Assembly (NCBI GenBank): GCA_038087875.1
Contig: JAXLNO010003516.1
Location: 1-34,310, forward strand
Reading direction: 5' to 3'
Origin: Malacoraja senta
Taxonomy: Eukaryota
DNA: 34,310 nucleotides
Part shown: positions 1 through 12,759 of the stretch, piece by piece
Position numbering within the stretch: position 1 is the stretch's first letter
Layout of the letters: the number at the start of each line of letters is the position of its first letter
Position numbers and translations under genes: made by a program
The notes under the pieces: model-generated
Databases searched by the model: none
The model's input: only the letters and a program-made list of their open reading frames with translations
What the model was told of the DNA's origin: nothing

Positions 1-464
1 GTATGAATATTGATTTCATGAATTGTTTCCATGTCCCAGCTACACTAGTCCCACCTGCCTGTGTTTGGCCCACATCCTTCCAACCCTGTCCTTTCCATGT
101 ACCTGTCCAACTGTTTCTTAAATATTGGGCTAGTGCCAGCCTCCTCCGGCAGCTCATTCCATACACCCACCACCCTCTGTGTGGAAAAGTTACCCCTCAG
201 ATTACTATTCAATCTTTTGTGTCCAGAGGAGGCCTACCATTGTCTGGTCATGTCCCCAATGTCTTTTCCCCGAGGTGTGTTCCTCCAATACCCGGCCCCG
301 TGGGCTTTCCTGCAATGTCTGGCCCTCGGACGTACGCCATTTGGATCAGGTGCTGGTGTTGATTCTTCAGTATCTGTTGTATCCTATTCTGAACCTGTCC
401 ATGTACTCCTCTCCTGATGTGTTTTAGCCCACTATCTGGTGTATTTGGTGCACTCATAGAGTCA

Positions 465-945
465 TATATTAATACAGTGTGGAAACAGGCCCTTCAGCCC
501 AACACTCCAACAATGTCCCAGCTACCCTAGTCCCACTTGCCTGCACTTGGTCCATATCCCTCCAAACCTGTCCTATCCATGTACTTGTCCAACTGTTTCT
601 TAAACGATGGGCTACCTCCTCTGGCAGCTTGTTCCATACACCTACCACCCTCTGTGTGAAAAAGTTACCCCTCAGATTCCTTTTAAATCTTTTCCCCTTC
701 ACCTTGAACCCATGTCCACTGGTCCTCGATTCCGCTACTCTGGGAAAGAGACTCTGTGCATCTACCTGATCTATTCCTCTCATGAGTTTGTATATCTCTA
801 TAAGATCACCTCTCATCCTCCTACGCTCCAGCCTACTCAACCCAGCCTACTCAACCTCTCCCTGAAGCTCACACCCTCGAGTCCTGGCAACATCCTCGTA
901 AAAATCCTGGCAACATCCTCGTAAAAGTCCTGGCAACATCCTCAG
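465..945 (-). mobile_element. CR1-clade LINE 3' fragment (ORF2 C-terminus)
   Basis: ORF 469-840 reads LERRRMRGDLIEIYKLMRGID...RRNLRGNFFTQRVVGVWNKLPEEV-like sequence, typical of the CR1 ORF2 C-terminus. Confidence 0.85.
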
Positions 946-1013
946 CTGAAGTCCCTAAAGTGATGAGTAAAGTGATGATCAACTCCAAACATTTCATGAT
1001 CTTGTTATTTTCT

Positions 1014-1019
1014 TTTATT
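1014..1019 (-). terminator. Poly(A) signal AATAAA of the membrane-form terminal exon (TM2, copy A)
   Basis: tttatt on the plus strand in an AT-rich tract about 600 nt downstream of the TM2 stop; conserved in copy B (25602-25607). Confidence 0.6.
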
Positions 1020-1612
1020 TATGTATCTAATTTCAAATGAAAACATGCAGTTCAGCAGAAAAATTTAAAATAAGCTGCAGACAATGAGTTAAACAACATC
1101 TGGTTTACAAAATCTGATTGAGCAAGTCCCCAAGCATCGGCCCCCCCTCCACCACATTGCTTCCTGTTCCTTCTCCCCTCCCCATGCCCCCTTCTTGCTC
1201 CACAATATCAGCGCATCCCTCCCCCTCCCACACTCCCCTCTTCTCATTCACTCATCACATTCCCATCCCCTGCTCCCCTTCCCCAAACATCAATCCTGCC
1301 TTCCTCTCCCAGTCCTGAATGCCACCCACTCCAGTGTCTCATACCCTGACATTTTCCCACTGTAATGTCCAATCCTGTCCCCCCCCACCCCCCACCCTCC
1401 CCCCCCCCCACTCGCCCCACCCCCCTCAGTCACAACCGGTATCTTCCCCAGCATCCCCAGTGCATTTCCAAGTTTATCTCCTGAAATGAGCGTTTGCAGT
1501 GCAGTAGCCTCGGATTGCCGAGTGAGTGAGTGAAAGACAGGAAGACTCCATTTGCCAACGTCAGCAGCTGCATGGCGATCTCTTGAGTGAATGTGGCGTG
1601 TGTGTCGGCTGG

Positions 1613-1624
1613 TCATTGCTGCAC
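1613..1624 (-). CDS. IgW: Ig heavy-chain TM2 (cytoplasmic) exon coding VQQ-stop; 3'UTR runs to about 1000
   Basis: Acceptor ctgactttcctgtgtatattacag|GTG CAG CAA TGA with a CTGAC branch point. It is phase 0, matching the phase-0 donor of TM1, and gives a K-VQQ* tail analogous to the KVK tail of membrane IgM. Followed by unique sequence and AATAAA. Confidence 0.75.
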   Translation of the reverse strand: MQQ

Positions 1625-1944
1625 CTGTAATATACACAGGAAAGTCAGACATTGTGTGTGGCAAGGTGTAGCACAGATGGTGATCTGTAGGGACAGGCAA
1701 ACTAAATAACAGACAGTCTGTCCCTTAATCTCGGAGATAGACCCTCATGGACAGGGGTCTGCAACATTTCTAGGACCCTCGAGGATTGGTGGTCTGTGCA
1801 TGTTTGTAGGAGCTGGACCCTCATGGACAGGTGGTCTTTCATTAGTGGCCCAGGTCAACTCTAAGGGATACACAGTCTGAATACCAGTTGTGGGCTGAAG
1901 AGAGGTTCCGTACCTCGGCTCAGGTTTCAGATACGGAGTACCCT

Positions 1945-2259
1945 GTTAGTTGTAGTTTAGTGATACAGCATGGAAACAAGCCCTTCAGCCCACCGGGACT
2001 GCGCCAACCAGCGATCCCCGCACATTAACACTACCCTACACACACTAGGAACAATTTTTTTCATTTACACCAAGCCAATTAACCTACAAACCTATACATC
2101 TTTGGAGTTTGGGAGGAAACGGAAGATGTCGGAGAAAACCCACGCAGGTCACGGGGAGAACGTACAAACTCTGTACAGACAGCACCCGTAGTCAGGATGG
2201 AACCCGGGGACTCTGGCGCTGTAAGGCAGCAACTCTATCGCTGTGCCACCGTGCCGCCC
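1945..2259 (-). mobile_element. tRNA-derived SINE (HE1/V-SINE-like)
   Basis: Minus strand reads gggcggcacggtggcacagcgatagagttgctgcc...gagtttgtacgttctccccgtgacctgcgtgggttttctccg: tRNA-like head plus V-SINE-like core and a (ctaaa)n-like tail. Confidence 0.8.
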
Positions 2260-2419
2260 AACATTTGACATGAATACAACGTTTGTTTGATTTCCATGTT
2301 TGAGCTCAGGGTCATTGCCCCAAATACCCAACGTTCTATGAATGTTTGCTGTATCGAGGCCCAGAGGACAGGAATAAAGAGGAAAGGTTCAAAGACCAGG
2401 GGGGTGTGATGGGTACCAT

Positions 2420-5105
2420 AGACACATAGAAAACAGGTGCAGGAGCAGGCCATTCAGCCCTTCAAGCCAGCACCGCCATTCATTGTGATCATGGCTGATC
2501 ATCCCCAATCAATAACTCGTGCCTGCCTTCTCCCCATATCCCTTGATTCCACTAGCCCCTAGAGCTCTATCTAACTCTCTCTTAAATCCATCCAGTGATT
2601 TGTCCTCCACTGCCCTCTGTGGCAGGGAATTCCACAAATTCATAACTCTCTGGGTAAAAACGTTTTTTTCTCACCTCCGTCTTAAATGGCCTCCCCTTTA
2701 TTCTAAGACTGTGGCCCCTGGATCTGGACTCGCCCAACATTGGGAACATTTTTCCTGCATCTAGCTTGTCCAGTCCTTATATAATTTTATATGTTTCTAT
2801 AAGATCCCCCTCATCCTTCTAAACTCCAGTGAATACAAGCCTAGTCTTTTAAATCTTTCCTCATATGACAGTCCCACCATCCCAGGGATCAATCTCGTGA
2901 ACCTATGCTGCACTGCCTCAATCACAAGGATGTCCTTCCTCAAATTAGGAGACCAAAACTGTACACAATACTCCAGATGTGGTCTTACCAGAGCCACATA
3001 CAACTGCAGAAGAACCTCTCTACTCCTATACTGAAATCCTCTTGTTATGAAGGCCAACATTCCATTAACTTTCTTCACTGCCTGTTTTACCTGCACGCCA
3101 ACTTTCAGTGACTGGTGTACAAGGACACCCAGGTCTCGCTGTACCTCCCCCTTACCTAACCTAGCCCCATTGAGATAATAATCTTCCCCCTTGTTTTTGC
3201 CGCCAAAGCTGATAACCTCACATTTATCTATATATACTGCATCTGCCACGCATCTGCCCACTCACTCAACCTGTCCAGGTCACCCTGCAACCTCCTAACA
3301 TCCTCTTCACAGTTCACACTGCCACCCAGCTTTGTGTCATCCGCAAACTTGCTAGTGTTGCTTCTAATTCCCTCTTCCAAATCATTAATATATATGGTAA
3401 ACAGTTGCGGCCCCAACACCGAGCCTTGCGGCACTCCACTCGCCACTGCCTGCCTTTCTGAAATGGATCCATTCACTCCTACTCTTTGCTTCCTGTCTGC
3501 CAAACAATTTTCTATCCATGTCAACACCCTACCCCCAATACCATGTGCTCTAATTTTAGTCACCAGTCTCCCATGCGGGACCTCATCAAAGGCTTTCTGA
3601 AAGTCTAGATACACTACATCCACTGGCGTAGTGAAGACAGATCCGAAGTACCTGTTCAACTCTTCTGCCATTTCATTGTTCCCGATAATAATTTCTCCCA
3701 TAGGTAGATGTCTGAAGAAGGGTTTCTTCGCTCCATAGATGCTGCCGCACCCGCTGAGTTTCTCCAGCATTTTTGTCTACCTTCGATTTTGCAGCATCTG
3801 CAGTTCCTTCTTGAACATAATTTCACCCGTGTCTGCCTTCAAGGAACCCACATTTGACTTTGCTATTCTTTATCCCTTAACATATCAAAGAAGCTTTTAC
3901 TGTCCTTCTTTACATTCCTGGCCAGCTTCCCCTCGTACTTCATCTTTTCAGCCCGAATTTTTTCCTTCTGTTGTCCTATGGAAGTTTCCCAATCCTCTGG
4001 TTTCCGGCTACTATTTGCTGTATTATACATCTTTTCTTTTAGTTTTATTCTATCCCTAACTTCTCTTGTCAGCCACGGTTGCCTCCTACTCCCCTTAGAA
4101 TCTTTCTTCCTTTTTGGAATGAAATGATCCCGCGTCTTCCAGATTATGCCCAGAAATTCCTGCCATTGTTGTTCCACCGTCATTCCTGCTAGGATCCCTT
4201 TCCAGTCTACCTTGGCCAGCTCCTCTCTCATGGCTTCATAGTCCCCTTTGTTCAAATGCATCACTGACACTTCCGATTTAACCTACGCCTTCTCAAATTG
4301 CAGATTAAAACTAATCATATTATGATCACTATCTCCAAGCGGTTCCTTTACCTCTACTTCTCTTGTCAAATCTGGTTCATTGGACAACACTAAATCCAGA
4401 ATTGCCTTTTCTCTGGTCGGCTCCATTAGAAGCTGCTCTAAGAATCCATCTCGGAGGCACTCTACAAACTCTCTTTCTTGAGGTCCTGAACCAACCTGAT
4501 TTTCCCAGTCTACCTGCATATTAAAATCCCCCATCACCACAGTGGCATTACCTTTGTTACATGCCAGTTTTAACTCCTGCTGCAACTTACACCCTACATC
4601 CGGGCTACTATTTGGGGGTCTGTAGATAACACCAATTAGTGTCTTCTTGCCTTTGCAATTCCTCAATTCAATCCACAGTGCCTCTACCTCTTCAGTCCCA
4701 ATGTCTTCCCTCGCAAGGGACTGAATTCCATCCCTCACCAGCAGAGCTACCCCCCCCCTCCTCTGCCCACCTGCCTGTCCTTTCTATGGATGTATAACCC
4801 TGAATATTAAGTTCCCAGGCCCGATCCTCCTGCAGCCACGTCTCAGTAATCCCCACAATGTCATATCTACCAACCTGTAACTGAGCCTCAAGCTCATCTA
4901 CTTTACTTTTTATACTTCGCGCATTCATATACAATATTTTTAATTCCTTACGCATCTCACCTTTCACATCGATCCCTTTTACAGTTGGCCATACACTCCT
5001 ATCCCTTTGTGAGCTTTCTTTCCCGTTAATTCTGGGGTGATTAACTATTGCTTTACTCCCTTTCCCTTTAACTCCGTCCCTGACCATCCCATTTGACAAC
5101 CCCCC
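2420..5105 (-). mobile_element. HER1/CR1 LINE, most of ORF2 (endonuclease plus internally deleted RT), inside the TM1-TM2 intron
   Basis: APE motifs LYMNARSI, YDIVGITETWL, GVIYRPP, MGDFN, LGDSDHNMI. RT motifs VDVVYLDFQKAFD, GVPQGSVLGP, KFADDTKL. Junction VFTT|PVDVVYLDF indicates an internal deletion. Frameshifts present. A Penelope-derived repeat is nested at about 3706-3815. Confidence 0.93.
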
Positions 5106-5239
5106 CTTATTGTCCCAGACTGCATCATCTGTTGACCGTGGTGTGGTGAGGATTGGAGAGTCAGAGAACACAGTGTAGTGAGGAATGGACGGTCACAGTG
5201 TGGGGGTCACAAAGTATCTCTATCGTTGGTCATCATTAC

Positions 5240-5379
5240 CTTGACAACGGTGACGAAGGTACTGTAGAGGAAACTGATAATGAACAGGATGGCGAAGGCA
5301 GCAACTGTGAGCACATTGTCATCTCCATCCAAGTCCCCCGGCTCCTCCTTCCCTTCCTCTCCTGTCAAGTCTGTGCCGG
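5240..5379 (-). CDS. IgW: Ig heavy-chain TM1 exon (acidic spacer plus transmembrane helix)
   Basis: Acceptor ttctcatttgtcttgaag|, phase 1; translates (A)GTDLTGEEGKEEPGDLDGDDNVLTVAAFAILFIISFLYSTFVTVVK; donor |gtaatg, phase 0. Has the conserved antigen-receptor TM pattern F-x-x-LF-x-x-S-x-x-YST-x-VT-x-x-K. Not listed in the ORF track. Confidence 0.93.
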
Positions 5380-6295
5380 CTTCAAGACAAATGAGAAGGT
5401 GAGACAGTTAGTTTGCCGTGGATGTTTTGTGAAGATCAACAATGTGTGAATAAAATGAAGACAACAGGAGGACAGGAAGACAGGAGGTTCGGGTCAGTTC
5501 CATCGTTCAATGATATGTGGAGATCTATCACCAGCTCCACTGAGCTGAATTTCCCCCACATCCATTAACATCTCGTATAGTCAAACTCTGCAATCTCAGA
5601 TTTAAAATCACCTTCAGACCTGGAACCAAATTCCAACTGTGGAAGGCAATTCCAAACTTCCATGCGCCTCTGATAGACACAAAAAGCTGGAGTAACTCAG
5701 TGGGACAGGCAGTATCTCTGGAGAGAAGGAATGGGTGAGGTTTCGTGTCGAGACCCTTCTTCAGACACCATGACCCTCTTCCATGCAGCATGGCTGCCTC
5801 GAACTTTTAGACCCTGTTCTTTGTATAAAGTTGGATTTCCATGAATCAGGGAGATCATTTGTAACCCAGGGAGCACTGTACACAACTAAAAAATATTTCC
5901 TCCTCATCTAGTTAGTTTAGTTTATTGTCACGTGTACCGAGGTACAGTGAAAAGCTTTTGTTGCGTGCTAACCAGTCAGCGGAAAGACAAAACATGATTA
6001 CAAATGAGTCATTCACAGTGTATACATACACGATAAGGGATTAACGTTTAGTGCAAGGTAAAACCAGTAAAGTCCGATCAAAGATAGTCCGAGGGTCTCC
6101 AGTGAGGGAGATAGTAGTTCAGGACCGCTCTCTGGATGTGGTAGGATGATTCAGTTGCCCGATAACATCTGGGAAGAAACTGTCCCTGAATGTGGAGGTG
6201 TGTAAATAGATCATCTCAGGATAATCTATTCTGCTTGCTCCCATTAACTTTGTGAAAACATCAAACAAATCTTCCTTTAGCCTTCTTATTCAGCA

Positions 6296-6983
6296 CCATG
6301 AAAGTAAGCATGCAGGCAGGTACAGCAGGCAGTGAAGAAAGCGAATGGCATGTTGGCCTTCATAACAAGAGGAGTTGAGTATAGGAGCAAAGAGGTCCTT
6401 CTGCAGTTGTACGGGGCCCTAGTGAGACCACACCTGGAGTATTGTGTGCAGTTTTGGTCCCTAATTTGTGGAAGGACATTCTTGCTATTGAGGGAGTGCC
6501 GCGTAGGTTTACAAGGTAAATTCCCAGGATGGTGGGACTGTCATATGCTGAGAGAATGGAACGGTTAGGCTTGTATACTCTGGTTTAGAAGGATGAGAGG
6601 TGATCTTATTGAAACATATGAGATTATTAAGGGTTTGGACACGCTAGATGCAGGAAACACGTTCCCGATGTTGGGTGTCCAGAACAAGGAGCCACAGTTT
6701 AAGAATAAGTGGTAAGCCATTTAGAAAGGAGACGAGGAAACACTTTTTCACACAGAAAGTTGTGAGTCTGTGGAATTCTCTGCCTCAGGGGGCGGTGGAG
6801 GCTGGTTCACTGGATACTTTCAAGAGAGAGCTAGAAAGGGCTCTTAAAGATAGCGGAGTCATGGGATATGGGGAGAAGGCAGGAACGGGGTACTGATTGT
6901 GGATGATCAGCCATGATCACATTGATAGCTGGTTCGAAGGGCCGAATGGCCTACTCCTGCACCTATTGTCTATTGTCTATTTG
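6296..6983 (+). mobile_element. HER1/CR1 LINE 3' fragment
   Basis: KKANGMLAFITRGVEYRSKEVLLQLYGALVRPHLEYCVQFWS; ends in a (ctattgt)n tail. Confidence 0.9.
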
Positions 6984-7800
6984 GGTGTGGTCCACACACA
7001 TTTAAAGAGCTGGTTCTTGCCACAGATTTGCCCATTCACTTCATGTATCCTTATCTCAGCAAGGGCACCATCTAGATGCTCTGTTGACACTTCTGCTTGC
7101 CTTGTGTGAGCAGCAAACTTGATCATGTGGCTTTCTATCCGACATCTCAACTTTCAATAAATATAGTGAATAGCTTCAGCCCTGAACACATTTCCACAGG
7201 CAATGCTCATCACTGGCCCTTCCTTCTGTAACTTTCCTCTTTCTGAATGAGTTTATCAAATGCATTCACATAGATGATCAAAACTCCTTTCCCTCTTCAT
7301 TAGCTTTGAATATTTTAAAGACCAGAAAGGTTCATCAGAAATGTGTGGGAAGGAACTGCAGATGCTGGTTTACACCGAAGATAGACACAAAATGCTGGAG
7401 TAACTCTGTAGGACATGTAGCATCTCTGGATAGAAGGAATGGGTGACGTATCGGGTTGAGACCCTCCTTCAGAATGTTCTATTCTTTGGACGGAGGAGAC
7501 TAATACATGTATATTTACATAATCTGTAGAAATGTATAGAGTGAAAGACAATTTGCAATCTTAGATCCAGGTCACCTGTTCCCCACCAACTTGGCAACAC
7601 CTCCCAAAACGCACCAACAGGGAACACCAACACCAACACTACATGTCTATTCATTATTGAACATTGATAGGTTACATTGACACAAACACACATGTAGCCT
7701 CTCGTGGGGTCTCTGCAGGTTTCAAGCAGGATCAGACCTGACACAAAGACGTATTCATACAAACTGCAAGTTCTCTGAAACTTTGGTAATTGGTGTTTCA

Positions 7801-8270
7801 AGAGTCAAGAGAGTTTTATTGTCATGTGTCCCAGATGGGACAGCGAAATTCTTGCTTGCTGCAACACAACAGAATATGTAAACATAATACAGAACAGGAG
7901 ATAAAAGTTCAGTGTGTCTATAGACCATAGACCATATATATATACAATAAATAAACAGATAAAGTGCAATAGGCTGTTATTGTTCAGAGTTTGTTTGATG
8001 GCCTGATGGCTGTGGGGAAATGCCTATTCCTGAACCTGGATGTTCCAGATTTCAAGCTCCTGTATCTTCTTCCCGATGAGTGTGTGGCCAGGATGGTGTG
8101 GGTCTTTGATGATGTTGGCAGCCTTTTTGAGGCAATGACTGCGATAGATCCCTTCGATGGTGGGGAGGTCAGAGCCAATGATGGACTGGGCAGTGGTCAC
8201 AACTTTCTGCATTCTTTTCCGCTCCTGGACGTTCAAGTTGCCGAACGAAGCCATGATACAACCAGTTATG
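7801..8270 (-). mobile_element. Rex1/Babar-like LINE 3' fragment
   Basis: GCIMASFGNLNVQERKRMQKVVTTAQSIIGSDLPTIEGIY..CLKKAANIIKDPHHPGHTL; tail ends in ctcttgactcttga, shared with 12540-12625. Confidence 0.8.
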
Positions 8271-8509
8271 TTTAACCAAAAAGTTATGTTTGATATGGAT
8301 TTGGTCTGGAATCCATTTTCATTCTCAGTTGACGTTCTCTCCCTGGCTGAGTAATGTGCACCGATGTGAACCCTGGAACACCAGCCTGTACGAGACACTG
8401 AATAGCAGTGACTTTCTGGAGAGACATTCCCTTTCCTCAAGAGTAGCAACTGCTCAACTAACCACAACATGGTCTTGTTACTATCGGCACAATATCACAA
8501 GAGGAGATA

Positions 8510-8998
8510 ACCACATTTGACAGAGTGCAGGAGATGGTTAGACACACAGATGTATAACCAGGCTCCTTTACCCAGAGTAGGGCAATCAAGAACCAGAGGA
8601 CATGGGTTTAAGGTGAGGGGGGACAGATTTAATGGGAATCTGAGGGGCAACTTTTTCACACAGAGGGCACTGGGTACATGGAATGTGCTGCGGGAAGAGG
8701 GAGTTGACGCAGAGACTATAACAATGTTTAAATTTATTTGGACAGGTACATGGACAGGACGAATAGTGAAAGGCCTGGATAGAGCGGATGTAAAGAGGAT
8801 GATTCCACTGGTGGGAGAGTCGAGGACCATAGCCTCAGAATTAAAGGAGGTTCCTCTAGGAAGATGAGGAGGAATTTGTTTGTCACAGGGTAGTGAATCT
8901 GAGGAATTCATTGCCACAGAAGGCTGTGGAGGCCCACTCAATGGGTATTTATAAAGCAGAGATAGATCGATTCTTGATTAGTATTGGTGTCAAGGGGA
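8510..8998 (+). mobile_element. Two fused CR1 3' fragments
   Basis: SRTRGHGFKVRGDRFNGNLRGNFFTQRALGTWNVL, followed by a second ESRTIASELK-type segment. Confidence 0.75.
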
Positions 8999-8999
8999 A

Positions 9000-10345
9000 A
9001 GATTAGATTAGATTAGATTATTTAATGACCACACAGTCAAGCTGGTGGAATTCATGTTCAGTACAGGATGTTACACAATAGGCTGATTCCCATCAAACAT
9101 AACATAAAACACAACAACATACAGTTTACAGTACATGCACGAGGTGGCTGTGTGATGTTGTCATAGAGTGTTCAGAGTTCAAATTGCATATGGGTAGAAA
9201 CTGTTTTTAAATCGTGGTGTTTTGGCGGGCAGTGAGCTGTAGCGCCTTCCTGATGGCAGCAGGTGGAAGATGTGGTGAGCTGGGTGGGAGGGGTCAGAAA
9301 TGATTTTCTTCAACCTTGACACAGACCGTTTGAGATTGAGTGAATCTATTGATGGGAGGGGAGTACTGATGATTTTGGATGCTTTGTTGACAATGCGCTG
9401 TAGTTTATTACGGGAGTGAGTGTCTAAACTGCTGTACCAACCTGTTATTGATGAAGTGAGCATGCTTTGAATGATGGCTGTGTAAAATCGGATTAGGAGA
9501 TGTTTCCTCACTCTAAACTTCTTGAGCTGACGGAGAAAGAAAAGTCTTTGGTTGGCTTTTTTATAAATGTGGTCTGAATTGATTTTCCATTTGAGGTTAT
9601 TGCTTATGTGAGTGCCAAGAAATTTGAATGAGTCAGTGGTGGATATGGGTTCGCCAGAGATGAGTAGGGGGGTCTTGGGTTGTGCCTTCCGTCTGAGATC
9701 AATGATAAGTTCATGTGTTTTTGATGTGTTGAGTAGGAGGTTATTATCTGTGCACCAAGTGACTGCTTTGTTTGTTTGAGTGCGGTATTCTGTTTCGTTG
9801 TTGTTAGAGATGAGACCTATGATGGTTGTGTCATCTGCGTATTTATATATTTTGACTGAACTATACTGGGATGTGAGTTGATTTGTGTAGAGTGAGAATA
9901 ACCAGGGTGACAAAACGCAGCCCTGAGGGGCTCCTCTACTGAGGTGCAGAGGGTGAGATATGGTGTTATGTATCTTAACCCTCTGTTGTCTGTTCCAAAG
10001 GAAGCTATAGATCCAATGACAGATGCAGGGGTCAATGTTCATGTCCGTTAATTTATGGAAGAGTTTAACCGGGTTGATGGAGTTGAATGCCGAACTGAAG
10101 TCCATGAACAGGATGCGGGCGTAAATGTTGGCGGTTTCCAGGTGTTGCAGAGTGTGATGAATGGCCAGGTTGACTGTGTCTTATACTGACCTGTTGGCTC
10201 TATATGCGAATTGATGTGGGTCCATGTTGGAGGAAGTGCTGGTTTTGAGGTGAGCGAGAATAATGCGCTCAAATGACTTCATGGCCACAGATGTAAGGGC
10301 AATCGGTCTGTAGTCATTGAGGCAGGATGTCGTGTTAGACTTGGG
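9000..10345 (-). mobile_element. Rex1/Babar-clade LINE, 5'-truncated, with RT domain
   Basis: ORF 9179-10105 (308 aa): DFSSAFN, GAPQGCVLSPWLFSLYT, YADDTTIIGLI, FKFLG. Upstream YRPIALTS/FAYRANRS motifs carry an in-frame stop. (aatct)n tail at 9000-9020. Confidence 0.9.
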
Positions 10346-11062
10346 CACAGCATTTTTCTCAGTTCTTAATTGTTGAATTTCTTTTGTGAATCAGGGCTTA
10401 TTGTTGTATTGTTTAACCGTTCTTGAAGGGATACAGAGTTGCTCGCAAAATTGGACATATGACGTCACTGTGTCCGTGGAGGTCACCAGCTGCGCGGAAA
10501 ACTTCCCAATCAGTGCATGCAAAGGGCAGGAGAATGGATTTAGGAAGGAGAGATAGATCAGCCATGATTGAATGGCAGAGTAGACTTGATGGGCTGAATG
10601 GCCTAATTCTGCTCCTATCACATGAACATGAGATGATCAGTGATTTGGGCCAAACACGGGGAGACGGGACTAGTGTAGATCGGGCACCTTGGTTGGCAAA
10701 GGCAAGCTGAACCGAAGGGCCTGTTAACATCCTGTATAAATCTATGACTCCATGATCACTCCAATGACAACACGCTTGTACCCAGCTCCATCCACACAAT
10801 GGACTTTCTGATGGACCTCTTTTCCAGTGTCGACAAACAATTGTACAAGTGCAAATACTCGACCTCACTCTTCAAATTAGCAGCAAGACAACTAGTCTGA
10901 GATGCCACACACAGAGGGCCGACAACAATGAGTGGACTGACCCTGTGACACTAATTTTGAAGAACAGCAGGCTTGGTCTTCTCAGTGTTCTGGCTACTGA
11001 GGAGTTTTGGAATAAACTGAAGTTGTGAAAGCACAGAAATATTTCGCATTGTGCCCTGGTCC

Positions 11063-12625
11063 TGGTTGCATTGTGGCCTGGTTCAGCAACTTGAACGTCC
11101 AGGAGCGAAAAAGACTACAAAAAGTTGTGACCACTGCCCAGTTCATCGCCGGCTTTGACCTCCCCACCGTTGAAGGTGACCTCCCCTCCATTCTTGGTCC
11201 CCTCCTCTTCATCATCTACATCCTCCCCCTTGGTCATATACTCCGTCACTTCAACCTGGATTTCCACTGCTATGCTGATGACACCCAGATCTATCTCAGC
11301 ACCAAGTCCCCCCACCACCCCCCTCTCTCCCATATCAACTCCTGCCTATCAGCCATCAAATCTTGGATGCAACTCAACTTCCTTAAATTAAACAGTAGCA
11401 AAACAGAATTTCTCCTCATTGGCTCCAAATCAACACTCACTAAAATTAACAACCCCACTCTCACTATTGACGGCACCACTGTCTCCCCATCTCCTCAGGC
11501 ACGCAACCTTGGCGTGATCTTTGACTCAACCCTCTCCCTTGAGCCTCACATCCGCCATGTTGTCAAAACATCATTTTTTCACCGCAACATTGCCAAAATC
11601 AGATCCTCTCTCACACCCCCCGCTGCTGAAAGACTCATCCATGCCTTCATCTCCTCCCAACTGGACTACTGTAACTCTCTTCTCTTTGGAATCAATTCCA
11701 GCAGCATCAACCGACTCCAACTGGTCCAAAATGCAGCCGCTCGACTCATTACCCACATCAAATCCTAGCACCACATCACCCCAGTTCTCAAAGAACTTCA
11801 CTGGCTTTCCATTTCCCACCGGATCACCTACAACACCCTGGTCCTCACCTACAAAGCCCTCAACAACTTGGCCCCCCCCCCTTATCTCACTGACCTCCTC
11901 TCCCCCTATCAACCCTCGCGATTCCTCAGATCCACATCAGCTGGTCTCCTCTCCACTCCGAAATCAAACCTCTGCACTGTTGGAGGCAGAGCCTTCTCCA
12001 GGGCAGTTCCCAGGCTCTGGAATTCCCTCCCACAACTGGTCCGAAATTCTGAGTCCCTCACCATCCTCCAGTCCCGCCTCAAGACCCATCTCTTCACATC
12101 TGCATACCCTTAGTCCCATGTTCCCCTCCCCTTTGCATCTCTGTCTTACTGCTCTATTTTGTTTTGTTTATTCTTGACTCTCAATGTAAAGCGACTTTGA
12201 GTCCTGAAAAGCGCTATATAAATAAAATCTATTATTATTATTATTATCATAGCGGCTGCCTCAAAAGGGCAGCCAAAATCATCAAGGACCCACACCATCC
12301 TGGCCACACACTCATCTCACCATTGCCATCAGGAAGAAGTTACAGGAGCCTGAAAACTGTAATGTCCAGGTACAGGAACAGCTTCTTCCCTACAGCCATC
12401 AGGCTATTAAACACAACAAATAAGCTCTGAGCTCTGAACCGCAAAAGACTATATTATTATTTGTTATTTGCACTATTTGTTATTTATTGAACTTTTTCTT
12501 TTTTTCTCTTCCCCCGTTATGCACTATGTTTACATATTCACATATTCTGTTGTCCTGCAGCAAGTAAGAATTTCCTTGTCCCGTCCGGGACATATGACAA
12601 TAAAACACTCTTGACTCTTCTTGAC
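11063..12625 (+). mobile_element. Rex1-like 3' fragment split by the L2 insertion (11063-11176 and 12248-12625)
   Basis: ...FDLPTVEG is continued after the L2 by SGCLKRAAKIIKDPHHPGHTLISPLPSGRSYRSLK; colinear with the intact copy at 7984-8260. Confidence 0.8.
11177..12247 (+). mobile_element. L2-clade LINE, 5'-truncated, with RT domain
   Basis: LGPLLFIIYILPL, FHCYADDTQIYLS, LKLNSSKTEFLLIG, ARNLGVIFD, LDYCNSLL, LQLVQNAAARL; ends aaataaaatct(att)n. Confidence 0.92.
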
Positions 12626-12759
12626 TCTAGTCTAGGCCTCTTGGTTATCACTCCCTCACTCACACACTACAACACCTGTCCTTCAGTGCTAAACTTGCCT
12701 GGCCCTGTTTTGTGATGGGGTAAAAGATGTGATGATTAGAGTGAATCCCAGCACCGTAC

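Larger units (their letters stand above)
1..1713. repeat. Segmental duplication copy A (TM2 exon, 3'UTR and downstream flank); paralogous to 23227-26275
   Basis: Colinear near-identity by eye: 1-200 with 23227-23450, about 230-580 with 24127-24472, about 585-1713 with 25196-26275. Homology stops at aataacaga (1713/26275). Copy B carries extra sequence at about 23450-24120 and 24473-25195. Confidence 0.93.

Noticed and set aside
1290-1700. 136-aa ORF (127 aa in copy B), kept in frame across a 27-nt indel, first read as a long secretory tail
   Set aside because: TM1 ends in phase 0, which reads this exon as VQQ*. The long ORF is another frame over the 3'UTR. A frame-preserving indel has a 1-in-3 chance, and the copies differ mostly by non-synonymous changes.
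6984-7110. Minus-strand reading ...FKCVWTTPK, resembling the WTT start of Ig TM helices
   Set aside because: No hydrophobic helix follows and the frame stops at an adjacent LINE; the real TM1 is at 5240-5379
9179-10105. 308-aa open RT frame as a possibly active or domesticated gene
   Set aside because: 5'-truncated, no endonuclease, and an in-frame stop just upstream; an ordinary young LINE copy
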